From Anaerolineales bacterium (GTDB taxonomy: Bacteria; Chloroflexota; Anaerolineae; Anaerolineales; UBA11579), in assembly GCA_035446285.1 (NCBI GenBank), contig DAOMSJ010000003.1:164929-228928 (forward strand): DNA of 64,000 nucleotides, written 5' to 3'. Position numbers and translations under genes: made by a program. Shown one piece after another: positions 29,117-38,119 of this stretch. A model generated the notes under the pieces. That model was not told the origin of the DNA and did no database searches. It saw only the letters and a program-made list of their open reading frames with translations. Within the stretch, counting starts at the first letter, position 1; the number at the start of each line of letters is the position of its first letter.

Positions 29117-29814
29117 TCCTCGACGCGTTTTTCATCGTCATACAATCTTACCCAGCCACGGCGCAATGCGTACACGGCGGCCTGGGTGCGGTCCTCAACA
29201 TTCAACTTGCGCAGCACAGCAGTGACGTGATTCTTGACCGTTTGATGGCTGATATCCAGATGGGTGGCGATCTCTTTGTTGCTCATGCCACGCGTAACGC
29301 ACTCCAGCACTTCCATCTCACGGCTGGAGAGCGGCTCAAACGGCTCACCGGGGTCGCTGTAGGCACGGCCGGCCACGCTGCGCTCGCCCAACCAGCGCTG
29401 CAAAGCAGGCTGATCCAGCACCTGGTCCCCGACAACGAAGTTGCCGCTGGCCACAGCACGCACAACTTCGAGGAGCTTGAGTGGGTCTATATCCTTAACG
29501 CAGTAGGCTGCCGCTCCGGCAGCCATGGCGTGGATGACCTGCGAGCTGTCATCATAGGCGGTGAGCAGCACCACACGGGTGCTGGTCTTCTTTTCATTCT
29601 TCAGGGTGCGCGTGAGTTGCTGGCCGTTGATATTGGGCAGGTTCACATCCACCAGGGCCACATCCGGCGCCAGCTTCTTGATAAGTGCCAAGCCTTCATT
29701 GCCCTCAGCAGCCTGCCCTACTACATTGAAATCATCCTCGATCGCAAAAGCGTCAACAAGGCCTTGGCGGAAAATGGGATGGTCTTCTACAACAACTAGG
29801 CTGATCTTTGGCAT
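29113..29814 (-). CDS. NarL/LuxR-family response regulator
   Basis: MPKISLVVVEDHPIFRQGL..., VALVDVNLP phospho-acceptor, C-terminal LuxR HTH (LSSREMEVLECVTRGMSNKEIA). The start at the ATG at 29814 is preferred; the longer track ORF overlaps the next gene. Confidence 0.9.
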   Translation of the reverse strand: MPKISLVVVEDHPIFRQGLVDAFAIEDDFNVVGQAAEGNEGLALIKKLAPDVALVDVNLPNINGQQLTRTLKNEKKTSTRVVLLTAYDDSSQVIHAMAAGAAAYCVKDIDPLKLLEVVRAVASGNFVVGDQVLDQPALQRWLGERSVAGRAYSDPGEPFEPLSSREMEVLECVTRGMSNKEIATHLDISHQTVKNHVTAVLRKLNVEDRTQAAVYALRRGWVRLYDDEKRVEE

Positions 29815-29872
29815 CGTACGTTCACAAAGGGGATAGGTCTTGGCAGTATAGCATAGGCATGCTTTTCCACTG

Positions 29873-31324
29873 CTATGGCGGCGCGCCAACCCAGCGCAAG
29901 ACCTGCATAACGCCCAGAGGGGGCGTGTAGACCAACTCAGCATAGCTGCTGAGTTGTGGATACCAATCCTTGAGTACGATGAGATACTCCACGCCGCGCG
30001 CATCCAAGTAAGCCGCCAGCTGCTCTTCATCCCGAATGAAGGCCACCACCTCTGGCGAGACCAAGCCGGCCAGGTCCACCAGCGGGCGGGGCGCAAAGTA
30101 ACCGATTGCGCCGATGTCATGCACCGCCAATAGCGCATCCGCCGGCAGATTGTCTTGCACCCAGTGGGCCGTCTCCACCATCTGCGTTTCGATGAAGTGC
30201 ACGTCTTGCCCATAGCTGGCCGCACCCAGCACATGGAAGGCCAGCGCCCCAGCCGCCAGCATGCTTGCGCAGGCGATGGTAAAGGTACGGCGTGTTTTCT
30301 GGGCGCGTAGCAACTGCAGCAGCTCAGCCCAGCCAGCCGCGCCCAGTATTAGATACACCGGCACCAATGGCATGGCATAACGGCCGTGCTGGTAGGTGAC
30401 CGGCAAACGCAGCGCGAACAATAAAGCAAAGCCCAATAGCCATACCACCCAGGCCATCTGCCGCCAATCACGGCGGCGCACTGTGATGAAGGTGGCGTAC
30501 AAAAAGCCGGGCAGCACAAACACGCCCGCGCCGATCACAGGCTGCACCAACTGCCCTGCCCAGCGTTGCAACAAAGGCTGCGCCAGCAACTCAGCATACT
30601 CTGCCTGCTTGGCGTAGAAGGTGCTGGGCCACAGATTGCCAGAGGTGGCTTGATTGAATAGAAGATAAGGAAGCAAGAGCAGCGCAAACCCAGCCAGCAG
30701 GCTGCCCGCGGCGCGCAGCTTGCGCTGGTTGCCCAGCCACACGGCAATACCCAGCGGGGCCAACAGGGTGAGCCCTTCGGGCCGCACCAGCATGGCAATC
30801 CCCGCCAACGCTCCAGCAGTAAAAGCCTTCGGCTTTGACTGCACCGAGAGCCACAATGCTGTCAGGCACAGCAGCGCGAATAAGGCCGTCTCCATACCAG
30901 ACAGGGCCGCCCACACCATGTGATGCTCAAGCAGCACCAGCGCGCCCACCCACACCGCTACGCGCGGCAAGCCAGGTTGCACGCGTACAAAGGTGGCTGC
31001 GCCCAGCAAGCCCAAGCCCCACAAGCTCAGCCAGCCCAGCAGCGCCACCCACACTACCGGAGCAATGCCCAGCCCGGCTGCCGGAGCCAGCAGCAGTACC
31101 CACAGCACGCTGGTGGCCGCGCCGGAGGGCTGCCCGGGCATAAAGGCCCACTCACCGTGCAGCGCCAGGTTGCGTGCATAGCTTTGATGAATCCACGAAT
31201 CATCCAGGGGGAAGCCGCGAGTGGAGCTGGAGAGAAGGTAATACGCAATCGCCGCGGCAGCCAGCAGGCCAAGGGCAAGGATGTGCAGCCACTTAAGGGA
31301 AGCGGAAGATGCGCGTGCCATCAA
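29873..31324 (-). CDS. GT-C-like polytopic membrane protein
   Basis: About 12 hydrophobic segments. First-loop motif FPLDDSWIHQSYARNL is shared with 38120-39673 (IDDAFITFRYTRNL). The soluble C-terminal domain ends ...VLKDWYPQL. Confidence 0.55.
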   Translation of the reverse strand: MMARASSASLKWLHILALGLLAAAAIAYYLLSSSTRGFPLDDSWIHQSYARNLALHGEWAFMPGQPSGAATSVLWVLLLAPAAGLGIAPVVWVALLGWLSLWGLGLLGAATFVRVQPGLPRVAVWVGALVLLEHHMVWAALSGMETALFALLCLTALWLSVQSKPKAFTAGALAGIAMLVRPEGLTLLAPLGIAVWLGNQRKLRAAGSLLAGFALLLLPYLLFNQATSGNLWPSTFYAKQAEYAELLAQPLLQRWAGQLVQPVIGAGVFVLPGFLYATFITVRRRDWRQMAWVVWLLGFALLFALRLPVTYQHGRYAMPLVPVYLILGAAGWAELLQLLRAQKTRRTFTIACASMLAAGALAFHVLGAASYGQDVHFIETQMVETAHWVQDNLPADALLAVHDIGAIGYFAPRPLVDLAGLVSPEVVAFIRDEEQLAAYLDARGVEYLIVLKDWYPQLSSYAELVYTPPLGVMQVLRWVGAPP

Positions 31325-32779
31325 CCTCCCCCAGATAGTGCAAACTGCTCAGCAAAGGCCCAGCCTGATATATCTCGCTCCAGCCAGGCTGTGCAGCGTC
31401 AAGCAGCAAGATGCTGACGCCGAACTGGCGCGCCGCCTCACCCGCAGGTTGTGTGCCGCCATGCGGGATCACGATCGCAGGCCGGCCCGAGGCGAGGCTG
31501 AATCCGGGCGGATTGTTGACCATGATGACCTCATCCGCCGCGATGTCTAGTTCAGTGAGCTGCTGGCTTAGCGCAGCATTGTGCGCCGCGGGCGTATCCC
31601 AACCGCCCGTGACTACGCGCTGCTCCACGGCGTAAACGCTCAGCATCGCCGCCAGCAGCAGAATACCTATCGAGAAGATGTGCCCGGCCTTGGTCAGCTC
31701 CCAGCCACGGCGGGCACTGCCCCACTCCAGGGCCGCGTGCAATCCTGCCGCAGCCAGCACCCACACCAGCGGTTGCAGTACCGCCGCAGCGTGAAAGAAG
31801 CCACCGCGTGCACCCGAGAAGGGGAACACTACGCTGAACGCGAAAAGCAAGGCGAGCCAGGCCACAACGCCCACGCGCACCGCAAGCTGCGTGCACAGGC
31901 GCCAGGCACCCCACACCACCAGCGGCGCCAGTGCCACCAGGCCGCCTACGGCCAACGCGCTGGCCAAGTTCTGCCCCAGCGCGCCCAAACGCGCGCTCAA
32001 GATCGCGCTAAGGCCGCTGGCCCACCAGCGCTCAAAAGTGAGCAGGCTGGCCGGATAACTGAACAGCTCATCGTATTGCAACAGCCACAAGGTCTGCCCA
32101 CCACCAGGCGCCAACAGGCTGCCAAAGGCCAGCCAGTTGCGCACGAACCACGGCAGCATGATCACGGCATAGCCCGCCAGCGCCGCAAGGCCGCCGCGCC
32201 AGCCGCTGGCACGCCAAGCAACAAAGCCAGCCAACAGCAACCACAACGGCCCCTCGGCGCGTGCCAGGTGCAACAAACCAGCCAATGCGCCCAAGGCCAC
32301 AAGCTGCCAGCTTGAGGCAGGCCGCAGTATCAATAAAAAGAACAGGCCGCCCAGCAACATGCACAAGGCAAAACTGTCTGTGGTGGTGAGGAAGGGCAAA
32401 TAGAAGCCGGGCAGCACCGCCAGCCAACCGGCCAGGCGCGCCGAGCCACGCCGCCCGGTCAGCTGCATGCTGAGCGCGGCAGCCAGCGGCGGCAGCAGCG
32501 CCCGCCGTTAAAGCCGGCGCCGAACACGGTGGTACTGGCCGCTATAACCAACGAGGGCAGCGGCATCCAATACGTGTGCGAGGGATGCGGCAGGCCTGCC
32601 GGCGTATCCAAATAGTTCCACACTACCGGCTCGCTGAAGCCGCGCCCCGCCGCCAGTTGCTGCCCAGTGAGCAAGTAATACTCGGCATCCATGTAGCCCG
32701 GGCTGTGCTGCAGGCTGGCGACCAATAACAGCACCACCAACCCGGCCAGGAACAAGCTCAGGTAGTCTTTACGCGTCAT
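31293..32779 (-). pseudogene. GT-C (ArnT/PMT_2-like) membrane glycosyltransferase gene interrupted by a single frameshift
   Basis: Track ORFs 32459-32779 (106 aa; GYMDAEYYLLTGQQL...HTYWMPLPS) and 31293-32468 (391 aa) are consecutive parts of one polytopic protein in different frames. The downstream frame is already open from just after the TAA at 32510-32508 (RRALLPPLAAALSMQLTG...). One indel in about 32459-32507 would therefore join them. Confidence 0.55.
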
Positions 32780-34737
32780 GGCTGCAGTGCGTAGAGCACA
32801 TAGTCTCCATTGAAGTCTTGTACTACTGGCAAGCTACTCAGCGCATCTTCCACCAGCGATAGTTCGAAAGCATGGAAGTGCCGCGGATCAGCGTAGACGA
32901 ACTCGGCGGCCAGGCGGTTGTAGAGCACATAGTCATATCCCTCCGCCTGCCAGCTGGCGACAGCTGCCTGCACGGAGCCATAGCGCGCCAGGTCGTGCTG
33001 CCAGCGGTCGATCACTTCGTCTGGGTCGCATTGCGGTACGCAGGCATAGCCGCGCGCTTCCCACAACATCAGCGTGCGCCCATCGCCGGGCAATTCGCTC
33101 ATCACCAGGGCATACAGGCCGAGGTTGCGTTCACTATAGCCCTGCGCGCTCAACTCGCCGGCCCACAGCTGCAGCACGCCGCGCTGTATCAGCGTGAGCC
33201 CACTTTGCAGCGTGTTGAGGGCTAGTGCCAGCACGGTCACCGCAGCGGCAATCCGTCCTACGCGTACGGCGGCGATCTTCAGCGGCTGTGCGGCGGCAAA
33301 GCCGAAAGCCGCCAACACCGCAAAGGCAGGGAAGAGCGCAAAATACAAGTGGCTGCGGATCAGGTGCCCGCTGAGCAGGCCCGCTGTCAGCCAGACCAGT
33401 AAACCGCCGATGCTGACAATCGCTGAGACGCGGCGCAGCGCAGCCGAGTCACTTTTAGTTTTAGCAGGCAATAGCGCCAATACACCGAACAGCAGCAGCA
33501 AGGGGCCAAGCGAGGTCTCGTAGCCAGCCGCATCGCCGATATGGCCCCCCTCAATACCCAGCCAGGTAGCGCGGAATGGTAGGAAGACAACATCCCACAC
33601 GCTGGCTTGCGACGGGAAGCCCTGATAGAAGGCGAGGCGAAAATCATCCATTTCGCCGCCCGGCAACAGTAATGGATAGAAGGGGTTGCCGGTATGCAGC
33701 ACGTTGCGCAGCAGCCACGGCAACGCCACAATAAATGCCGCTGCCAAATAGCGTAGCAAGGCGCGCAGATCTGGTTTGCGCGAGAGGAGGAACACCAATG
33801 CACCCAGAATGGCGAACACGCCAGAGGTGTACTTGGCCCCAAAAGCCAGGCCGCACAGCACGCCAGCCCATACAGCCCACCGCGCCTCACGTGTCCTAAG
33901 CCATTGCTCCAGCACGACCAAGACGCCCCAGCCCATCAGCACCCCAGGCCAATCGACATAGCCTGAGCTGAGCGCATTCACCAGCGAGCTGCCGCTGAGC
34001 AGCGCTGCCAGGCTCACCCAGCCAGCCCGCACGCTGACGCGTGCGGCCACCTGGCCCAGCAACCCCAGCGCCGCCAGCGCCGCCATGCCCCAGCTGACCA
34101 AAGCGCCATGTGCTGACCCCAGTGCGCCTGCCCAGGTCACCAGCATGTGCACAAGCTGCGGAAAACCCCAATGAGTGATCTCAGGCACATAGCCCACCTG
34201 GCCCTGTGCCAAATAGATCGCCGGCAGGCTGAGGTGATAGACCAGCGCGTCAAAGACCAGCGGCGGCGCCAACGCAGTCAATAGGCCCAGTACAAACATC
34301 ACGCCGCTCAATATGGCTATGCCGCGGCCCAGGCGCCCGCTTTGCTGCCACAGCGTGCCGAAAGCGCCAAAGTCGCTAGCCCACTCACACAGCGCGGCAC
34401 GCAAAGGCAGCAGCAGGCCCAGCGCCAGCAGCCACGCTACCCAGGCGGCGGTGCCCAGCAGCGTGCCGGCCAGCAAGTACACCAAGCTCAGCGCGCCAAG
34501 GCCAATCGCAGCGCGCAACGCCAGGCGCGCCAAGGCCGGCAGCGGCGCCTGCGGCAACAGCCGCGTGCCGAGTGCACCCGCCAGCGCAAACAACAGCGCG
34601 GTGCACAGCACATCGCGGGCGGCCAAGATAACCTGCACAGCAAATTCTGGCGTAAAGGGACGATGGAAAGCGTAATAATACGCCAGCGCGATCGCAAACC
34701 ACAGCAGTACACCAGCGGCCAGCACACGCGTTTTCAC
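32776..34737 (-). CDS. Large GT-C-like polytopic membrane protein
   Basis: More than 12 hydrophobic segments plus a C-terminal soluble domain. The GTG at 34737 forms a GTGA overlap with the upstream stop. ATGA overlap with the downstream gene. Confidence 0.55.
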   Translation of the reverse strand: MKTRVLAAGVLLWFAIALAYYYAFHRPFTPEFAVQVILAARDVLCTALLFALAGALGTRLLPQAPLPALARLALRAAIGLGALSLVYLLAGTLLGTAAWVAWLLALGLLLPLRAALCEWASDFGAFGTLWQQSGRLGRGIAILSGVMFVLGLLTALAPPLVFDALVYHLSLPAIYLAQGQVGYVPEITHWGFPQLVHMLVTWAGALGSAHGALVSWGMAALAALGLLGQVAARVSVRAGWVSLAALLSGSSLVNALSSGYVDWPGVLMGWGVLVVLEQWLRTREARWAVWAGVLCGLAFGAKYTSGVFAILGALVFLLSRKPDLRALLRYLAAAFIVALPWLLRNVLHTGNPFYPLLLPGGEMDDFRLAFYQGFPSQASVWDVVFLPFRATWLGIEGGHIGDAAGYETSLGPLLLLFGVLALLPAKTKSDSAALRRVSAIVSIGGLLVWLTAGLLSGHLIRSHLYFALFPAFAVLAAFGFAAAQPLKIAAVRVGRIAAAVTVLALALNTLQSGLTLIQRGVLQLWAGELSAQGYSERNLGLYALVMSELPGDGRTLMLWEARGYACVPQCDPDEVIDRWQHDLARYGSVQAAVASWQAEGYDYVLYNRLAAEFVYADPRHFHAFELSLVEDALSSLPVVQDFNGDYVLYALQP

Positions 34738-35951
34738 ACACTCACCCCGCCGGGGCGCAGCAACCACCAGCGCAGCCAATACAAGTTCGCCAGCAGGAAC
34801 AACGGCGTGGCCAGCAATAAGCTGAGATGCTCGCGGAACTGGCCATCACCCTCGCCCAGCGTGAGCAGGAACAAAGCCCATACGCCCACGAACAGGATCG
34901 GCAGCAGCACCCACACCGCCCGCGGCTGCCCGGTGCGCCGCTGCCACCAGGCCAACAGCCACATCACCACGATCAACAGAATGACATGATTGGAGCTCGT
35001 GGATGGCATGCCTACGAAGGGGCCAAGCACCAAGGTCAGGCACACAGCCCACATAAACCAGTCGAAGCGCTGGCGCATAGCGCTGCCCCATTCAAAGAAG
35101 AGCAGCAGCCCCAACAAGGCACTCAGCACCAGACCCACAGTATGGCCGGTTTGCCCCCACCAGGTGTCCAAGATGCTGATCAGCGTGCCCGGTGGCGCGT
35201 AGCTGCCATAGGCCACCACCTGAGCCAGGTTTTGCGCGGCCCAATCCGGCTGCAGCGCAAAACTGGCACCTATCAGCGCCAGCAGGCTGACAATGAACGA
35301 ACCCACAAGGCTGCGCCGCTTGTGCGAGAGCGCCCAGGCCAGCGTGAACACCAGCACCAGCAGCACCATCTGCGGCTTGATTGTGCTGAGCGCAAAGGCC
35401 ATGCCCGCCAGCCCATCACGGTTGCGGCGCATGGCCAGCACGCCCAACGAGACAAACAGCGCCACCAACACCGCCGCGTTGCCATCCACCAGCGGCTTGG
35501 CGCTGTGGAACCAGATCAAGGCGAACAGCAACAGCGCCACCAGCGGGCCGCGGCTCGGCCGCCACCCAGTAGCCCCCAGACCAGCCAGCACCAGCGCGGC
35601 AATGGCAATCTCCTGCGCCGTGATCCACAAGGCGCGCGCCAAGGGGTAATCCTCCACTAGTGCAAACGGGGCAAACAGCAGCATGGAATAGAAGGGATAG
35701 GCGAACAGGGCTTCGTCTTCACCTTCTTCAGCGTTGCGGCCATACATGCGGTCCTGGATCGCTGCGGTGGTCTCGGCGCTGTAAGGGCTGTAGCGCTCGG
35801 TGATGAACATGCGCGTGCCCATCCAACGCGGCAGGAAATCATTGCCGCCCGGGCTGACGCGCGTGAAACGCAGATTGACCACGGTGAGCGCCCCGGCCAG
35901 CACAGCCACCACTACTAACCCAAACAGTATGCGCGGCCAGGCTGTGCGCAT
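34734..35951 (-). CDS. Polytopic membrane protein, GT87/DUF2029-like mannosyltransferase candidate
   Basis: 405 aa. GGNDFLPRWMG...SPYS...LFAYPFYSMLLFAPFAL resembles the DUF2029 N-terminal pattern. The family assignment comes from memory of the motif only. Confidence 0.45.
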   Translation of the reverse strand: MRTAWPRILFGLVVVAVLAGALTVVNLRFTRVSPGGNDFLPRWMGTRMFITERYSPYSAETTAAIQDRMYGRNAEEGEDEALFAYPFYSMLLFAPFALVEDYPLARALWITAQEIAIAALVLAGLGATGWRPSRGPLVALLLFALIWFHSAKPLVDGNAAVLVALFVSLGVLAMRRNRDGLAGMAFALSTIKPQMVLLVLVFTLAWALSHKRRSLVGSFIVSLLALIGASFALQPDWAAQNLAQVVAYGSYAPPGTLISILDTWWGQTGHTVGLVLSALLGLLLFFEWGSAMRQRFDWFMWAVCLTLVLGPFVGMPSTSSNHVILLIVVMWLLAWWQRRTGQPRAVWVLLPILFVGVWALFLLTLGEGDGQFREHLSLLLATPLFLLANLYWLRWWLLRPGGVSV

Positions 35952-35954
35952 GCG

Positions 35955-36560
35955 CTAGCGCTCGGCCATGGCCCACAGGTTCAGGCCGAACTCAAATGTG
36001 CCTACATGAAATTTGTCGATAGCAAAACCCGCCCGCCCCAGATGCCAGGCCAGCAGCGCTTCGCTGTACTCCATGACGTGCTCATCGATCTCTTCGCGGC
36101 TCACCAGCCCCACGCGGGCCATGAACTTAAGCAAGCCATCCGTCCAACCGTTGGGCGTGGTGAGGATGACGCGCCCGCCGGGTTGCAACACGCGATAGGC
36201 CTCTTTCAATATGGTTGCCAGGCTCACGGGGTGAATGTGCTCGGCCACCGCCAGCAAAGTGATCGCCTTGAGCTCGCCGTCTTTGAATGGCAGACGGGCA
36301 TCTTCATTTACATTGCGCACATGCCAGGTAATGTCGGAGTGCGGCGTGGAAGGCGGCAATTGGTCCATCGCAAACTTTTTCTTGAACTGCGTGTTGCTGA
36401 GGAAATACGGAAAGCTGCCGCAGCCAATATCGAGGATGGCGCCGCGGCGCATTTCATCCGTGATGAGCGAATTGGCCTTGTCAGCACGCAAACGTGAGAG
36501 GAAGGATTCCAGCAGGCCGTGGCCGCGGGTGACAGTGGTGGTGTGGGATTCTGAGCTCAT
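35955..36560 (-). CDS. Class I SAM-dependent methyltransferase
   Basis: ILDIGCGSFPYF (motif I) and VLQPGGRVILTTPN (post-II). Confidence 0.8.
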   Translation of the reverse strand: MSSESHTTTVTRGHGLLESFLSRLRADKANSLITDEMRRGAILDIGCGSFPYFLSNTQFKKKFAMDQLPPSTPHSDITWHVRNVNEDARLPFKDGELKAITLLAVAEHIHPVSLATILKEAYRVLQPGGRVILTTPNGWTDGLLKFMARVGLVSREEIDEHVMEYSEALLAWHLGRAGFAIDKFHVGTFEFGLNLWAMAER

Positions 36561-36563
36561 AGA

Positions 36564-38012
36564 TTAGTCGTGTCCAAACAGCACGCTGTGTTCATCTTGG
36601 TACAACAGCTGCCAGCCCGCGGCCGGCAGCAGCTTGCTGAGCGCCCAGCCGGGCTCGAGCAAAACGAGATCGACCTGGCGCAAATTCAAAGTGCTTTCCC
36701 AGCCAGGCTCGGCGTTGGCCACGTCCAGCCACTCGCCCAACAGCTCATCTCCGTAGAGGTCTGTGCGCCCATCGGCATACACGCGGTACTCAGGCAGCGC
36801 CCAGATCAAATAGCCGCCCCAATTATACGAGTTGAACATTTCGCCTTGTGGATTGCGTGTCTTCATATATTCCACCGCACCCACTGGCAAGCCTGTGCTC
36901 AACGCTTGGCGATTGGCCGCGTCTGGCAGTACGGTGGCCGCTTTGGCGGCCACGGCCACCAGGGCCAGCAGCACCATCACGCTGTGCAGGATCGCCTGCG
37001 TGCGCGTAGGATCGCTGCGATAACTCAGCCGCTGCTCCAGTCGCAGCACACCCTCCGGCAGATTGCGGCTGAGTACGATGGGCGCCGCTAGCGCAAACAG
37101 GGCAATGTTGCGCGCCGCCAGCAAGCTCATCGCCCCCAACACGCCCAACAGCAGAATGTCGTAAAGCGCTGGCCGCCGTGGGGCGAACATCATCGCCAGC
37201 AGGGTCAGGCCAAACAGGGCGGCAAAGGGCCAGATGCGCGCTTCATGAAAATTGGGGGATTGCCATTCTTGAATGTAGCTGCGCAGCACATCCATCTCCA
37301 CCGTGTCGAAGGGATAGCGCAGCATCACTGGGCCGGAGGGGTTGATGCACACCGCCAGCAGCATGCCCAACCCGGCCAGGGTAAGGTACTGGCCCCAATT
37401 GCGCCAAGCCTCTTGCAGGCTGGGGCGCGGCGCAGCCGGCAGCCATTCAGCGGCCTGGGTTGCCGCATAGATGGCCAACAGAATGAAGCCCACGGCGAAG
37501 CCAGGGTGGCTGTTGGCCCACACCAGCATCACCAGCGGCAGCCACAGCAGGCGGCGTGGCTGGCCGCGGCGGGCGGCTTCCAGGAGCCACATGACCAGCG
37601 CGCTGAACACAAAGCTCCACAAATACGGGCGCGCCGCCCAGTACACCGCCGAGCTAGCCGCCGCCAGAAGCAGGATACTGCTGCGCACAAAAATGCCGCC
37701 GCGGCTCAGGGCACGATAGACAAACGCAAAGGCCAGCGTGACCAGCGCCGCCACCCACAGGTTCAGGCCGGCAAAGCTGGCCCCGGTGTACACAAAATAG
37801 AGCTGCGCTTCGCTCAGCCAGGCGGCGCTGGGGTACAGCCATGCCGCGCCTTCACGCGTGTGCGAAAAACTATCCGTAGTTGGCACGCCGCCCTGCAGGA
37901 TGGCTTGGCCGGTGCGCAGATGCCACCAAGTGTCCGTATCGGTGGAGATACGTAAGGCCATGGCAAAGATGGCAATGAAGGTGAGCGCAAGCACCATACG
38001 GCGAAAGGACAT
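36564..38012 (-). CDS. GT-C-like polytopic membrane protein
   Basis: The start at the ATG at 38012 (MSFRRMVLALTFIAIF) is preferred. First-loop motif STDTDTWWHLRTGQ. Many TM segments and a C-terminal soluble domain. Confidence 0.55.
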   Translation of the reverse strand: MSFRRMVLALTFIAIFAMALRISTDTDTWWHLRTGQAILQGGVPTTDSFSHTREGAAWLYPSAAWLSEAQLYFVYTGASFAGLNLWVAALVTLAFAFVYRALSRGGIFVRSSILLLAAASSAVYWAARPYLWSFVFSALVMWLLEAARRGQPRRLLWLPLVMLVWANSHPGFAVGFILLAIYAATQAAEWLPAAPRPSLQEAWRNWGQYLTLAGLGMLLAVCINPSGPVMLRYPFDTVEMDVLRSYIQEWQSPNFHEARIWPFAALFGLTLLAMMFAPRRPALYDILLLGVLGAMSLLAARNIALFALAAPIVLSRNLPEGVLRLEQRLSYRSDPTRTQAILHSVMVLLALVAVAAKAATVLPDAANRQALSTGLPVGAVEYMKTRNPQGEMFNSYNWGGYLIWALPEYRVYADGRTDLYGDELLGEWLDVANAEPGWESTLNLRQVDLVLLEPGWALSKLLPAAGWQLLYQDEHSVLFGHD

Positions 38013-38021
38013 GCAGGAATA

Positions 38022-38071
38022 GTAATTGAGAATGGAGATTAGAGATTGATCTAAGATCAATCTCCATTCTC
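38022..38071. repeat. Heptamer-repeat-derived palindromic element between divergent genes
   Basis: Units TTGAGAA TGGAGAT TAGAGAT, followed by an inverted repeat gagaatggagatt...gatc / gatcaatctccattctc. The same TAGAGAT/TGGAGA units occur at 57711-57766. Confidence 0.7.
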
Positions 38072-38119
38072 TTGTCTTCTAGCCCAACTGCAAAGTGCTA
38101 ATCTCTATACAATCTCTCC

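Noticed and set aside
29815-30234. 140-aa extension of the LuxR response-regulator ORF
   Set aside because: It overlaps the 3' end of the 29873-31324 gene in another frame. The receiver domain starts at MPKISLVVVEDHP.
32459-32510. Programmed ribosomal frameshift in the split GT-C gene
   Set aside because: I saw no slippery heptamer or downstream structure. A plain indel (mutation or assembly error) in a GC-rich repeat is the simpler explanation.
38022-38071. Heptamer or palindromic repeat loci (also 57711-57766, 58042-58076, 60432-60466), considered as CRISPR remnants
   Set aside because: The units are 7 nt with no spacers, no cas genes are present, and the arrays are shorter than 60 bp.
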